A DNA stretch of 60,200 bases from a virus (IMGVR_UViG_3300044701_002545:1-60200), one strand, 5' to 3'. Positions 1-7,521 are shown, counted from the stretch's first letter. Notes: a model not told the origin generated them from the sequence alone. Translations and numbers: made by a program.

Positions 1-2
1 AT

Positions 3-179
3 GTTTATTCTAAGATTGCCGAACTTGAAGAACGTATTGTCGCATTAGAACAAGAAAACATTGAAAACTCTAATTGTTTTTATGAGTTGATGAACTCTAT
101 TGATGCAGTTGATGCTCGTATAGATATACTTGCTGGAACTACTATCAATCTTACCAAGTTTGAACTGGGAGAAAAGTAA
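3..179 (+). CDS. 3' end of hypothetical coiled-coil protein (truncated by window edge)
   Basis: Open frame ...VYSKIAELEERIVALEQENIE...GEK*; its TAA overlaps the next ATG (TAATG). Confidence 0.6.
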   Translation, partial: VYSKIAELEERIVALEQENIENSNCFYELMNSIDAVDARIDILAGTTINLTKFELGEK

Positions 180-352
180 TGTATGAACTTGATGATTTTG
201 AGAAAGCACTCGCTCATTTCGGCACACGGGTTGATATTATCATCGCGCTTGAAATGGGTGGAAAAATTGATGGAATTTCTGCCTATAAAGAAATCAAAGC
301 AGAACTCAAGGAACTTAAAAAAGCAAAGAAGCAATACGGTAAGGATATGTAG
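179..352 (+). CDS. Small hypothetical protein, 57 aa (MYELDDFEKALAHFGTRVDIIIALEMGGK...)
   Basis: Hand-read ORF coupled to the upstream stop; more protein-like than the N-terminal half of the overlapping 183..467 call. Confidence 0.65.
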   Translation: MYELDDFEKALAHFGTRVDIIIALEMGGKIDGISAYKEIKAELKELKKAKKQYGKDM

Positions 353-467
353 TAAATGTGATGAAGAGAAGCCACTTGACGAAGACCACTATCAGGTGGT
401 AAAATCATTCAGAGAAGGTTTCTCTTACTATTGTCTTGAGTGTTCTAAACCCAAACCCAGAGATTGA
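339..467 (+). CDS. Small Cys4 zinc-finger-like protein (true start uncertain)
   Basis: C-terminal part of track ORF 183..467: CSKC...CLEC motifs. Confidence 0.45.
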   Translation, partial: VRICSKCDEEKPLDEDHYQVVKSFREGFSYYCLECSKPKPRD

Positions 468-1243
468 TTATGGACTACAAAAAGTATTCACTTGAAAACC
501 TTGAAAACTGGTTGCATGATGCTCTTTCGTGTGGGGAAGCATCACCACACGAAATTTATTCTGTAATTCGTAAAGTCGTACAAGACGAATATAATTATTA
601 CAAAGAACAATCTCAAAAATGTCTTGGAGTATTGGAACTCTTGAGCGGTCATCGTCCTGTGAGTTTGGATAAACAAGAAGAAGGAAATCATAAAACTTAT
701 GATGAGATGATTGCCCTGGGATATACAATGACTGATGATGGGTTTTGGTTCAAAGAATCTAAAACTTTCTGTGATAAAGATGACCCTTCACCAGAGTGTA
801 AAGGTGCATGGAATGACTTTTGGGAAGTAGACGAAGATAATAGTCGTGAATATAATCTGCGTGAATCCGAATACTATAATAAAAGAGCACAACTTGATGT
901 TGATTTAGAAAAAATTAAAGCAGCAGGTGGCTTTGAATGGACTCCTGATCCAATAGTATCAAGAAATGATCCAGACAGAATTAAGTATGATGGTGTGTGG
1001 ATTTATGAATCTCCTGATAAAGGAAAAACCATCACAAAACGGAAACCTGGGTCTACAGAAAAGTTTCCTGTTAAAGAGGACAAGGTAGTTAAATGGCAAC
1101 TTCCTGTTGGAGTTGATGGGTTGACTGGGGAATGTTATGTTAATTTCCCTGATGATTTGTTGGAAGCAGCAAACCTTAAAGAAGGTGATCAAGTAGAATG
1201 GGTGGATAGGGGTGATGGCTCTTACCTGTTGCGTAAAATCTAA
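464..1243 (+). CDS. Acidic hypothetical protein with C-terminal AbrB/MazE-like DNA-binding domain
   Basis: C-terminus GECYVNFPDDLLEAANLKEGDQVEWVDRGDGSYLLRK fits the swapped-hairpin AbrB/MazE pattern. Confidence 0.65.
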   Translation: MIMDYKKYSLENLENWLHDALSCGEASPHEIYSVIRKVVQDEYNYYKEQSQKCLGVLELLSGHRPVSLDKQEEGNHKTYDEMIALGYTMTDDGFWFKESKTFCDKDDPSPECKGAWNDFWEVDEDNSREYNLRESEYYNKRAQLDVDLEKIKAAGGFEWTPDPIVSRNDPDRIKYDGVWIYESPDKGKTITKRKPGSTEKFPVKEDKVVKWQLPVGVDGLTGECYVNFPDDLLEAANLKEGDQVEWVDRGDGSYLLRKI

Positions 1244-1434
1244 TGAATACGATTGAGATTCTTGCCCCATTCGTTATTGGTATTTGTCTGAATAACTTTG
1301 TATCAGTAAAGGGTGATATTTGCAATGTTAGACAATCTCCACCTCCTGTGGTAAAATACTATGAACCAGGCAAAGCTTGTTACATTGAAGGTGTTTTCCA
1401 CCAATCTTGTCCTAAAATGAGTTACTTGAAATAA
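1243..1434 (+). CDS. Small Cys-containing hypothetical protein
   Basis: 63-aa ORF coupled to the previous stop (TAATG). Confidence 0.55.
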   Translation: MNTIEILAPFVIGICLNNFVSVKGDICNVRQSPPPVVKYYEPGKACYIEGVFHQSCPKMSYLK

Positions 1435-1443
1435 TTAAGAATC

Positions 1444-1668
1444 ATGGCATTATCTGAAAGCGTAGAAGAAAGTCTAAAGGAAGCAGAAGCATCATTGCGT
1501 AATGCACTTGCATATGCTGCACGTCAAGAACGTCCAATGGTTTGTAGTGTTATTGCTGATATGATTAGTCGTATTGAATCTCTACAAACAACTGATTCTC
1601 TTCTTGATAAACTGGAGAGTCGTAAACCAGGAGATTCTGGTATGTTTGGGACATTCTTTAATGATTAA
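1444..1668 (+). CDS. Hypothetical protein
   Basis: 74-aa helical ORF in operon context. Confidence 0.7.
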   Translation: MALSESVEESLKEAEASLRNALAYAARQERPMVCSVIADMISRIESLQTTDSLLDKLESRKPGDSGMFGTFFND

Positions 1669-1760
1669 GAACTATTAATACAGTCTAAAGACAACATTAA
1701 GAAACCGCACATCTCCCTTAAATACTGTTAGGATAAGAACACAATCGCGGGATCAAAACT

Positions 1761-1925
1761 ATGACGCTTCCATCCAAAGGCCAAATAAATCTCACAGATG
1801 ATGAGTGGAATGAAATGGATGCACTTAGAAAAGTTATCGCAGAAAGACCGCAAGCACTTGTACCCGAAAAGCTAGAAAAGTTTACTGAGTATATGGTGCG
1901 AAGTTTGAAAGAGATGGGCAATTAA
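1761..1925 (+). CDS. Small hypothetical protein, 54 aa (MTLPSKGQINLTDDEWNEMDALRK...)
   Basis: Hand-read ATG..TAA ORF on the coding strand of the region. Confidence 0.65.
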   Translation: MTLPSKGQINLTDDEWNEMDALRKVIAERPQALVPEKLEKFTEYMVRSLKEMGN

Positions 1926-1938
1926 ATATCTGTCACAA

Positions 1939-1973
1939 GGACACTGGACAAGTGTCCTTTTTTAATATATAAT
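1939..1973 (+). promoter_or_regulatory. sigma70-like promoter whose -35 lies in a stem-loop
   Basis: TGGACA(1945-50)-N17-TATAAT(1968-73); stem GGACACT/AGTGTCC followed by a T-run. Confidence 0.65.
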
Positions 1974-1993
1974 TGTTAAAACTATCAAAAACA

Positions 1994-2293
1994 ATGAACC
2001 TCAAAGCATTATTGCTTTCTGCAATACTACTTACTCCACAAGCAGTTTTTTCTCAACAAGTAACTGTTTATGGTGAGTGTAATGCTTATAGAGTAGTGGA
2101 AGAATATGTGCCTGGATATTATACTCGCTTTGGTGCATATATCAGTGGATATGTGAGAAGAACTAAAGTTAGAGTTCCGTGTGATCCAGAACCCTATTTT
2201 GTTCCTTATCGCCCTTATCCAAGGTATTATGATGAGTGTATTGAACGCAGGGGAATTGTTGGCGGAACTTTAGGTCTTCTGTTTGGATGTTGA
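1994..2293 (+). CDS. Putative secreted/membrane protein with C-terminal glycine-zipper-like segment
   Basis: Signal-peptide-like MNLKALLLSAILLTPQAVFS; C-terminal GIVGGTLGLLFG. Confidence 0.65.
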   Translation: MNLKALLLSAILLTPQAVFSQQVTVYGECNAYRVVEEYVPGYYTRFGAYISGYVRRTKVRVPCDPEPYFVPYRPYPRYYDECIERRGIVGGTLGLLFGC

Positions 2294-2324
2294 ACTGGGC
2301 CCTTTAAAGTGTACCAGTAGTGTA
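2294..2324 (+). repeat. 28-bp cassette-boundary element, copy 1
   Basis: ACTGGGCCCTTTAAAGTGTACCAGTAGT|GTA; abuts TGA at 2291-93. Confidence 0.95.
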
Positions 2325-2337
2325 AGCACTCAATCAA

Positions 2338-2748
2338 ATGGCAACTCGCGCTCGCATCGGTCTTGAACTTCCTGATGGTTCTATTCTCTCTGCATACCAC
2401 CATTGGGATGGTTATGAGTCTTGGTTGGGTCGCATTCTGAACACTCACTACAACACTAAAGAGAAAGCTGCTGAACTGATTGACGGTGGCGATATGAGCT
2501 CTGCTTGGACTAATGCTGGTTTCAAGAATGAAACTGTAGAGCAAGGTCCGCTGTATTATTCTCAGCGTGGCGAAGATTGCCCTCCTCGTCTTGATGCTGA
2601 TCTGTGTGAGTATCTTCTGCCCAACAACAGCGAAGAGTATGCCTATGTCTTCCGCAATGGTGAGTGGGTGTGCTATAATATGAATCAGTTTGACGATTCC
2701 AAACTTCCCGAAATCGTTGAAATCCCTTCTGGTGCTCTTGCTGTCTGA
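2338..2748 (+). CDS. Phage hypothetical protein (MATRARIG...YHHWDGY)
   Basis: 136-aa ORF directly after element copy 1. Confidence 0.8.
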   Translation: MATRARIGLELPDGSILSAYHHWDGYESWLGRILNTHYNTKEKAAELIDGGDMSSAWTNAGFKNETVEQGPLYYSQRGEDCPPRLDADLCEYLLPNNSEEYAYVFRNGEWVCYNMNQFDDSKLPEIVEIPSGALAV

Positions 2749-2751
2749 TCT

Positions 2752-2943
2752 ATGAAAACTTCTACTTCTGTTGGTATTATTTTTGCTGCTATTGTTCTTG
2801 TAACTGTCAGCATATTCTTTGAAGCAGCATTGCTTGGACTGATTCTATCTTGGTTTAATGTTTATTTGACTTTCTGGCAGAATCTTGCTATTGTGGTTCT
2901 TGCCAATATGATTTTCAAAAACACTGGGAGCTATTCTAAATGA
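2752..2943 (+). CDS. Small membrane protein
   Basis: Two hydrophobic segments in 63 aa. Confidence 0.65.
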   Translation: MKTSTSVGIIFAAIVLVTVSIFFEAALLGLILSWFNVYLTFWQNLAIVVLANMIFKNTGSYSK

Positions 2944-3104
2944 ATCGCAATCGTAAATATGTGATTGCTGGACTGATTGGTTTTGCTGCTATTGTTGGTT
3001 GGAATATCTTTCTAATCCAACGTGATGATAGAATGTTTGATGCCTACTATCGTCAACAAGCGATAGAAAATCTCAAGAAACCTCCCAGTGCTGAGATTCG
3101 GTGA
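2940..3104 (+). CDS. Small single-pass membrane protein, 54 aa
   Basis: MNRNRKYVIAGLIGFAAIVGWNIFLI...; ATGA overlap with the previous gene. Confidence 0.6.
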   Translation: MNRNRKYVIAGLIGFAAIVGWNIFLIQRDDRMFDAYYRQQAIENLKKPPSAEIR

Positions 3105-3199
3105 TTTACTTTCTTATTATTTCTGCAGCATTTGGATGGTTCTTTTTTGTATTATTCTCCAAACATTTTGATTACCTAGACGATAGAAAAAACAAATGA
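3101..3199 (+). CDS. Putative hydrophobic micropeptide, 32 aa
   Basis: GTG start; both ends overlap neighbours by 4 nt (GTGA, ATGA). Confidence 0.45.
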   Translation: MIYFLIISAAFGWFFFVLFSKHFDYLDDRKNK

Positions 3200-3333
3200 T
3201 TCCAAAACGTATCCGAGAACTGATTATGAACGCTGAACGTGAGAAGATTGCCCGTGAGTTTTGGGAGGAAATTGAACGTCTTGCTGCTGAAAAGGAAGTG
3301 ACTGTTGACTATTATCTTGCGGAGTTTTACTGA
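3196..3333 (+). CDS. Small hypothetical protein, 45 aa (...EVTVDYYLAEFY)
   Basis: Hand-read, translationally coupled ORF. Confidence 0.6.
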   Translation: MIPKRIRELIMNAEREKIAREFWEEIERLAAEKEVTVDYYLAEFY

Positions 3334-3452
3334 TGACTTTTATTCTTGGTGTAGGCCTTGGAATCCTAGCAACAATGGGATTTGCACTTCTTTCGATGGC
3401 ATCTAATGGTGATGATGCAGATGATATTGACAACAACACTGATTTTCGTTAA
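3333..3452 (+). CDS. Putative membrane micropeptide, 39 aa
   Basis: MTFILGVGLGILATMGFALLSMA plus an acidic tail; TGATG coupling. Confidence 0.45.
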   Translation: MTFILGVGLGILATMGFALLSMASNGDDADDIDNNTDFR

Positions 3453-3455
3453 ACT
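3427..3455 (+). promoter_or_regulatory. sigma70-like promoter
   Basis: TTGACA-N17-TAAACT, followed by AGGAG upstream of the ORF at 3479. Confidence 0.6.
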
Positions 3456-3478
3456 AAAGGAGTAATTTACAAAATACA

Positions 3479-3721
3479 ATGGCACAAAAGTTTCTCTACA
3501 TTGTTGACCACTACATTCCTTTTCCTTCTAGTGAGTATGGTGGACTTTGGAATGTCATTGCAGAAGATGACAATGAATGTTTCGATTTGATTTCTGCTGA
3601 AGATGAAGGTAATTTCTATGAGCAGCACTATACTGCTCTTCGTGAAAACATTCTAAATGCAAGGACTTATGCTCTTGCTGAAGATGTAGAATCCTCTATT
3701 GTTGAATCTTTTACCACCTGA
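3479..3721 (+). CDS. Phage hypothetical protein
   Basis: 80-aa acidic ORF (YIVDHYIPFPSSEYGGLW). Confidence 0.75.
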   Translation: MAQKFLYIVDHYIPFPSSEYGGLWNVIAEDDNECFDLISAEDEGNFYEQHYTALRENILNARTYALAEDVESSIVESFTT

Positions 3722-3882
3722 TGATTGACACTTCTCTAAATCTCCTTGAGTTTAATCTCAAGGAACAGTATCAAGATCGTATCAACTATCTTCAGCAAAA
3801 GATTACGGAGCAACAACATGAAATCTTGCGACTCCAAGAACAAATCAAATATATGTCAAAAGACAGATTTTACGATTGCTGA
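3721..3882 (+). CDS. Small coiled-coil protein, 53 aa
   Basis: Hand-read ORF coupled by TGATG. Confidence 0.55.
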   Translation: MIDTSLNLLEFNLKEQYQDRINYLQQKITEQQHEILRLQEQIKYMSKDRFYDC

Positions 3883-3980
3883 TAAATAATGATGCTTGTT
3901 TGTGGTTATTCAAGCAAAGAGATTTGGGGCAGAAATGCCCCTTTTCTTGTATAAATAAGTATAACCACAAACAAAGCAGT
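3882..3980 (+). promoter_or_regulatory. Structured leader of homing endonuclease: two late promoters, a terminator-like hairpin and a long inverted repeat
   Basis: ATAAATA 3882-88; arm TGCTTGTTTGTGGTTAT 3893-3909; GGGGCA-GAAA-TGCCCC-TTTT 3926-45; TATAAATA 3950-57; complementary arm ATAACCACAAACAAAGCA 3961-78. Confidence 0.75.
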
Positions 3981-4592
3981 ATGAATAACAAGTATTATAC
4001 TTACGCATATTTGCGTGAAGATGGAACACCTTATTACATAGGAAAGGGTAAAGGATATAGGGCTTATTATAAAAATAGAAGGAAGCAAATACAACCACCA
4101 AAAGATAGAAGAAGAATCATCTTTCTCAAACAAAATTTAACTGAAGAAGAAGCATTTAGACACGAAATCTATATGATTTCTGTATTTGGCAGAAAAGATT
4201 TAGGAACTGGTATTCTTCGTAATAGAACTGGTGGTGGAGAAGGAACAGCAAATATGATACTAAGTGAGGAACATAAGAAGTCCTTACTTGCGGGTAGATT
4301 AAATTATTCTTTTACTGACGAAGTGAAAGAAAAAATTAGAAATACTTTAAAAGAAAAAAATATCAAACCACCATCAAGAAAAGGTATAAACCATAACGAA
4401 CAATATTTTAATAAAAGATGTAAAAAGTTGTATGAAATTACAAGTCCAGACGGTAAAAAATATACTACAAATAGATTAAAAAACTTTTGTAAAATGAATA
4501 ATTTGAGTTGTGGTTGTATGTGTGAAGTTGCTAATGGAAAATATAAACAACATAAAGGGTGGACAGTTAAAATACTGGAACAAAAACCTTGA
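3981..4592 (+). CDS. Free-standing GIY-YIG-like (Seg-type) homing endonuclease with NUMOD-like C-terminal modules
   Basis: YYTYAYLREDGTPYYIGKG...R...E...N-TGGGEG; basic C-terminus; AT-rich; own late promoter. Start placed at ATG 3981. Confidence 0.85.
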   Translation: MNNKYYTYAYLREDGTPYYIGKGKGYRAYYKNRRKQIQPPKDRRRIIFLKQNLTEEEAFRHEIYMISVFGRKDLGTGILRNRTGGGEGTANMILSEEHKKSLLAGRLNYSFTDEVKEKIRNTLKEKNIKPPSRKGINHNEQYFNKRCKKLYEITSPDGKKYTTNRLKNFCKMNNLSCGCMCEVANGKYKQHKGWTVKILEQKP

Positions 4593-4617
4593 CTTCCTTT
4601 CGGTTTTTTGTTATTAT
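4582..4617 (+). promoter_or_regulatory. sigma70-like promoter at the 3' end of the endonuclease gene (-35 in hairpin loop)
   Basis: TTGACT(4589-94)-N17-TATTAT(4612-17) with TGn extension; arms AAAAACC/GGTTTTT. Confidence 0.6.
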
Positions 4618-4638
4618 ATCTTTGTTGAATAAAAAAAC

Positions 4639-4926
4639 TTGGAACTTCCATCTTCTTTCTTTCATTCTCCTCCAGACGGATATTATTATGAAGCAACTGA
4701 GTTCAAACGAAATGTTGTCAGTATTTGGTTATGTAATACTCGTAAGTTTGACTATAACAATGGTGCTCCTACAAGAACTATTCATTCCTTTTACAACACC
4801 AAAACCAGAGAATACTTCTCCCCAGTCAACAGTAAGACCATCGGTGCTTGTGTAAATATCAAGGAAACGCGGAACTATACCGCGATGCCAATTAAACAAT
4901 CTCCACTAGATGCGTTTTTTGTATGA
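4639..4926 (+). CDS. Phage hypothetical protein (TTG start)
   Basis: 95-aa ORF, ATGA-coupled to the next gene. Confidence 0.65.
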   Translation: MELPSSFFHSPPDGYYYEATEFKRNVVSIWLCNTRKFDYNNGAPTRTIHSFYNTKTREYFSPVNSKTIGACVNIKETRNYTAMPIKQSPLDAFFV

Positions 4927-5162
4927 GTTACGAACCACAAGTCAATCACTATGTTAAGTGGACAAAAGGTGTTGAGGGTTGGATTTACTTCAAGGATCAA
5001 GAATATGTTACCATCGAGTACACTGTTCGTCCTAAAGATGAAATAAACCTTGAATGCTGTCCTATTCACAAAAATGAAAGATTGCTTGTGATTTGCTATA
5101 ATAAACAGTGGAAAGAGTTGGAGTTTGTAAAGTCGAGAGAGTCTGTATATTCTGAAGTTTAA
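4923..5162 (+). CDS. Hypothetical protein
   Basis: 79-aa ORF in operon. Confidence 0.7.
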   Translation: MSYEPQVNHYVKWTKGVEGWIYFKDQEYVTIEYTVRPKDEINLECCPIHKNERLLVICYNKQWKELEFVKSRESVYSEV

Positions 5163-5166
5163 GTAA

Positions 5167-5751
5167 ATGATTCACGCATTATTTCCATCTATAGTGATAG
5201 ATGATGTTTGTCAAGATTTCTCTGCAGTTCAACCAGAATTGATTGACTGGATCTATTGGTATAGGGGAAAAAATCCAGATAGCATACATATATCAAATCG
5301 CGGGGGATGGCAATCTCCCGCATATTTTCATAATGAGGAATCTTTTCAGCCATTTCTGAAATATATTTTGGACAACTTCCAAAATATGACTGCTTGCTAC
5401 AAAACAAAGATGAAACTCCTCAATATGTGGATTAACATTAACAGAAAGGGAGACTATAATACAGAGCACGATCATCCTGTATCTGATCTCTCTGCTGTCT
5501 TATGGATAAAGACGCCCAAAGATTGTGGTGGATTAGTGTTTCCTTCTCCAAAATCTTTTGTTCAACATAAAATTATAGATGTTCTTGATGAGGAGATTCG
5601 TAATCAAACAAAGTGTGTTTATTCCACTATGTTTCATCCAGAAGAAGGTAAGACGGTTATATTTCCATCAAATATGAGGCATTCCGTTGAAATGAACAAC
5701 TCTGATGAGGATAGAATATCAATAGCATTTAATATGGAGTTCTGTGATTGA
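5167..5751 (+). CDS. 2OG-Fe(II) oxygenase family protein (TIGR02466-like)
   Basis: SNRGGWQS, WININ..GDYN..HDH, FPS.M.H.V, RISIAFN motifs. Confidence 0.85.
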   Translation: MIHALFPSIVIDDVCQDFSAVQPELIDWIYWYRGKNPDSIHISNRGGWQSPAYFHNEESFQPFLKYILDNFQNMTACYKTKMKLLNMWININRKGDYNTEHDHPVSDLSAVLWIKTPKDCGGLVFPSPKSFVQHKIIDVLDEEIRNQTKCVYSTMFHPEEGKTVIFPSNMRHSVEMNNSDEDRISIAFNMEFCD

Positions 5752-5753
5752 TT

Positions 5754-6017
5754 ATGAAAAGAAAAAGTGCATGGAGATTGCTAGCTAAAGCATTGGGAGA
5801 AAAGGCAAGCAAGGATAATAGAGAGGCAGATATTGTTGCAGGCATTCGTCTTGTAATGTTTATGTCTATTCTTATCACAAATTGTTTCATCGTAGCAAAT
5901 GCAATTCGTCACTGGAATGATGAAACTAAAGTAGAAATAATTCTAGAAACTTCTGGTATGCCAGAATATCACGTTCCACCATCCAATTATTCAAATAGAA
6001 CTATTGAGTTTGAATAA
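5754..6017 (+). CDS. Hypothetical membrane protein
   Basis: WRLLAKALGEKA...DIVAGIR followed by a hydrophobic helix. Confidence 0.7.
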   Translation: MKRKSAWRLLAKALGEKASKDNREADIVAGIRLVMFMSILITNCFIVANAIRHWNDETKVEIILETSGMPEYHVPPSNYSNRTIEFE

Positions 6018-6043
6018 AATAAATATCTAAAAACATCCTGAAT

Positions 6044-6235
6044 ATGAAGACATTTCAACAGTTCATGGAACAAACTCCACACATGGAGCCTAACTTCTAT
6101 AGTCAGCAAATTGCAAAGCGTCAGGCAGCACAAAAAGCATCGCAAATCAAACACGTTCACCAAGAGATTGGTGCAGAAGCAAGGGCACAACAGTCTCAAA
6201 AAAGAGCAGAAATGAAGGCAATCATGAGTCGTTGA
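6044..6235 (+). CDS. Small late protein, possible internal head protein
   Basis: ATAAATA at 6019-25; N-terminus MKTFQQFMEQ resembles the T4 capsid-targeting sequence. Confidence 0.6.
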   Translation: MKTFQQFMEQTPHMEPNFYSQQIAKRQAAQKASQIKHVHQEIGAEARAQQSQKRAEMKAIMSR

Positions 6236-6240
6236 TAAAA

Positions 6241-6271
6241 ATTGGGCCATGTAAAGTGTCCTAATAATGTA
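6241..6271 (+). repeat. 28-bp element, copy 2 (divergent)
   Basis: ATTGGGCCATGTAAAGTGTCCTAATAAT|GTA; 5 nt after the stop at 6235. Confidence 0.85.
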
Positions 6272-6285
6272 ATCACCCATTCACT

Positions 6286-6444
6286 ATGGATTTCTTCGAC
6301 GACATTCAAATTGAAGAGTTGGAAAACTTTGATTTTGTTGGAGATATGAATGAATTTCTTTTTGATGAGGAAGATCGACTGTATCCAACTCTAAACTCAA
6401 AGTTTGATATTAACGAATATCTTAACGGAAACATTGATTACTGA
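6286..6444 (+). CDS. Small highly acidic protein, 52 aa
   Basis: MDFFDDIQIEELENFDFVGDMNEFLFDEED...; 16 D/E versus 2 K/R. Confidence 0.65.
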   Translation: MDFFDDIQIEELENFDFVGDMNEFLFDEEDRLYPTLNSKFDINEYLNGNIDY

Positions 6445-6504
6445 CAGTTTACAGACTGTCCACTAAACTCTCCACACTGACCCTTTAACCTTTATTCTGG
6501 CCAC

Positions 6505-6705
6505 ATGATTGAACAAATCCCCAACGTGCTTCCTCACATCAAAGAACTGAAAGAAGCATGGCATCGTCAAGATTTCGTATTCACTAAGCAACAACAAGAA
6601 GAATACGATCTCTTGCTTGCCACTCGCCGCGAACGTGTCAAACAGTTTTATGCTGAAGGACGTGTGTTCAAAGGTTCTTACAAAGCAAAGGAAGAGGAGT
6701 TCTAA
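6505..6705 (+). CDS. Hypothetical protein
   Basis: 66-aa ORF; TATTCT 6 nt upstream of the ATG suggests a leaderless mRNA. Confidence 0.7.
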   Translation: MIEQIPNVLPHIKELKEAWHRQDFVFTKQQQEEYDLLLATRRERVKQFYAEGRVFKGSYKAKEEEF

Positions 6706-6732
6706 ATACTAAAAAAGTGTTTAGATAGTCCA

Positions 6733-7311
6733 ATGCGTACCTTTTCACAATTCATGTCTCTCTGCGAGAAATCTGATTCTGATGCTGCTAAACAACTTGG
6801 CTGGGGTGGTGGTGCTTCCATCACTCGCCAAGGTGAAGGTGGAAGAATCGGTAAAGAACGCAAGAAAACAGAAGCAGAGAGACGTAGAACTAAGAGAGGA
6901 CCAGGTGGCACAACTGTTCCTGCAAAGGAATACAAACCACGCAAAGATATTGGTCAACAGCGTAGTTCTGACACTAGAACACAAGCACCAACACAAGAGC
7001 GTGGTTCTGCAAGAGAAAGACAACTAGCTGCAGCAAAAGAAGAAAGAAGAAAAGCAGCACTTGCTAGAAGAGCAGCAAAGTCTGGCGGAGAGACTTCAAC
7101 AGCAAAACCTAAATCAAGAGATTTAGAAAAGCAAGCATCTAAACTTCTCACCAAGAAGAAAGCAGAGGCACCAAAGGGCAAACCCATTGAGAGAACAACC
7201 AAGCGCGAATATACCAGAGATGAGAAGAAGAAAATGGTAAGAGCTGGTAAGCGTCTACATGCAGACATCATCAAAGGTAGAGACCTTCCAGCATCGAAGT
7301 ACCAACCCTGA
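6733..7311 (+). CDS. Highly basic late protein, possible internal head/DNA-binding protein
   Basis: CTAAATA at 6702-08; N-terminus MRTFSQFMSLCE; very K/R-rich. Confidence 0.7.
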   Translation: MRTFSQFMSLCEKSDSDAAKQLGWGGGASITRQGEGGRIGKERKKTEAERRRTKRGPGGTTVPAKEYKPRKDIGQQRSSDTRTQAPTQERGSARERQLAAAKEERRKAALARRAAKSGGETSTAKPKSRDLEKQASKLLTKKKAEAPKGKPIERTTKREYTRDEKKKMVRAGKRLHADIIKGRDLPASKYQP

Positions 7312-7316
7312 CATTT

Positions 7317-7347
7317 ACTGGGCCCTGTAAAGTGTCCTAGTAGTATA
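7317..7347 (+). repeat. 28-bp element, copy 3
   Basis: ACTGGGCCCTGTAAAGTGTCCTAGTAGT|ATA; 5 nt after the stop at 7311. Confidence 0.95.
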
Positions 7348-7365
7348 AGGACAACACTCAAAACA

Positions 7366-7521
7366 ATGCTCTGGCAAGATCGCAACGGAACCTGGCACAG
7401 TACAGTTTCTCCCATCGACATTAAAATCGAACAAGCGATGATTGCTGAGAACGCTAACAAAGTCTGGGAAGAAAAAGAGCGTTCTGGTGATTGGCTTTTC
7501 GATGAAATGTTCGGGGGTTGA
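7366..7521 (+). CDS. Small hypothetical protein, 51 aa (MLWQDRNGTWHST...)
   Basis: Hand-read ORF directly after element copy 3. Confidence 0.65.
   Translation: MLWQDRNGTWHSTVSPIDIKIEQAMIAENANKVWEEKERSGDWLFDEMFGG

Noticed and set aside
183-467. Track ORF of 94 aa as a single gene
   Set aside because: The N-terminal half overlaps the better ORF 179..352; only the Cys4 C-terminus looks real.
3876-3980. 35-aa N-terminal extension of the GIY-YIG ORF
   Set aside because: It spans the promoter and hairpin leader; ATG 3981 follows the late box.
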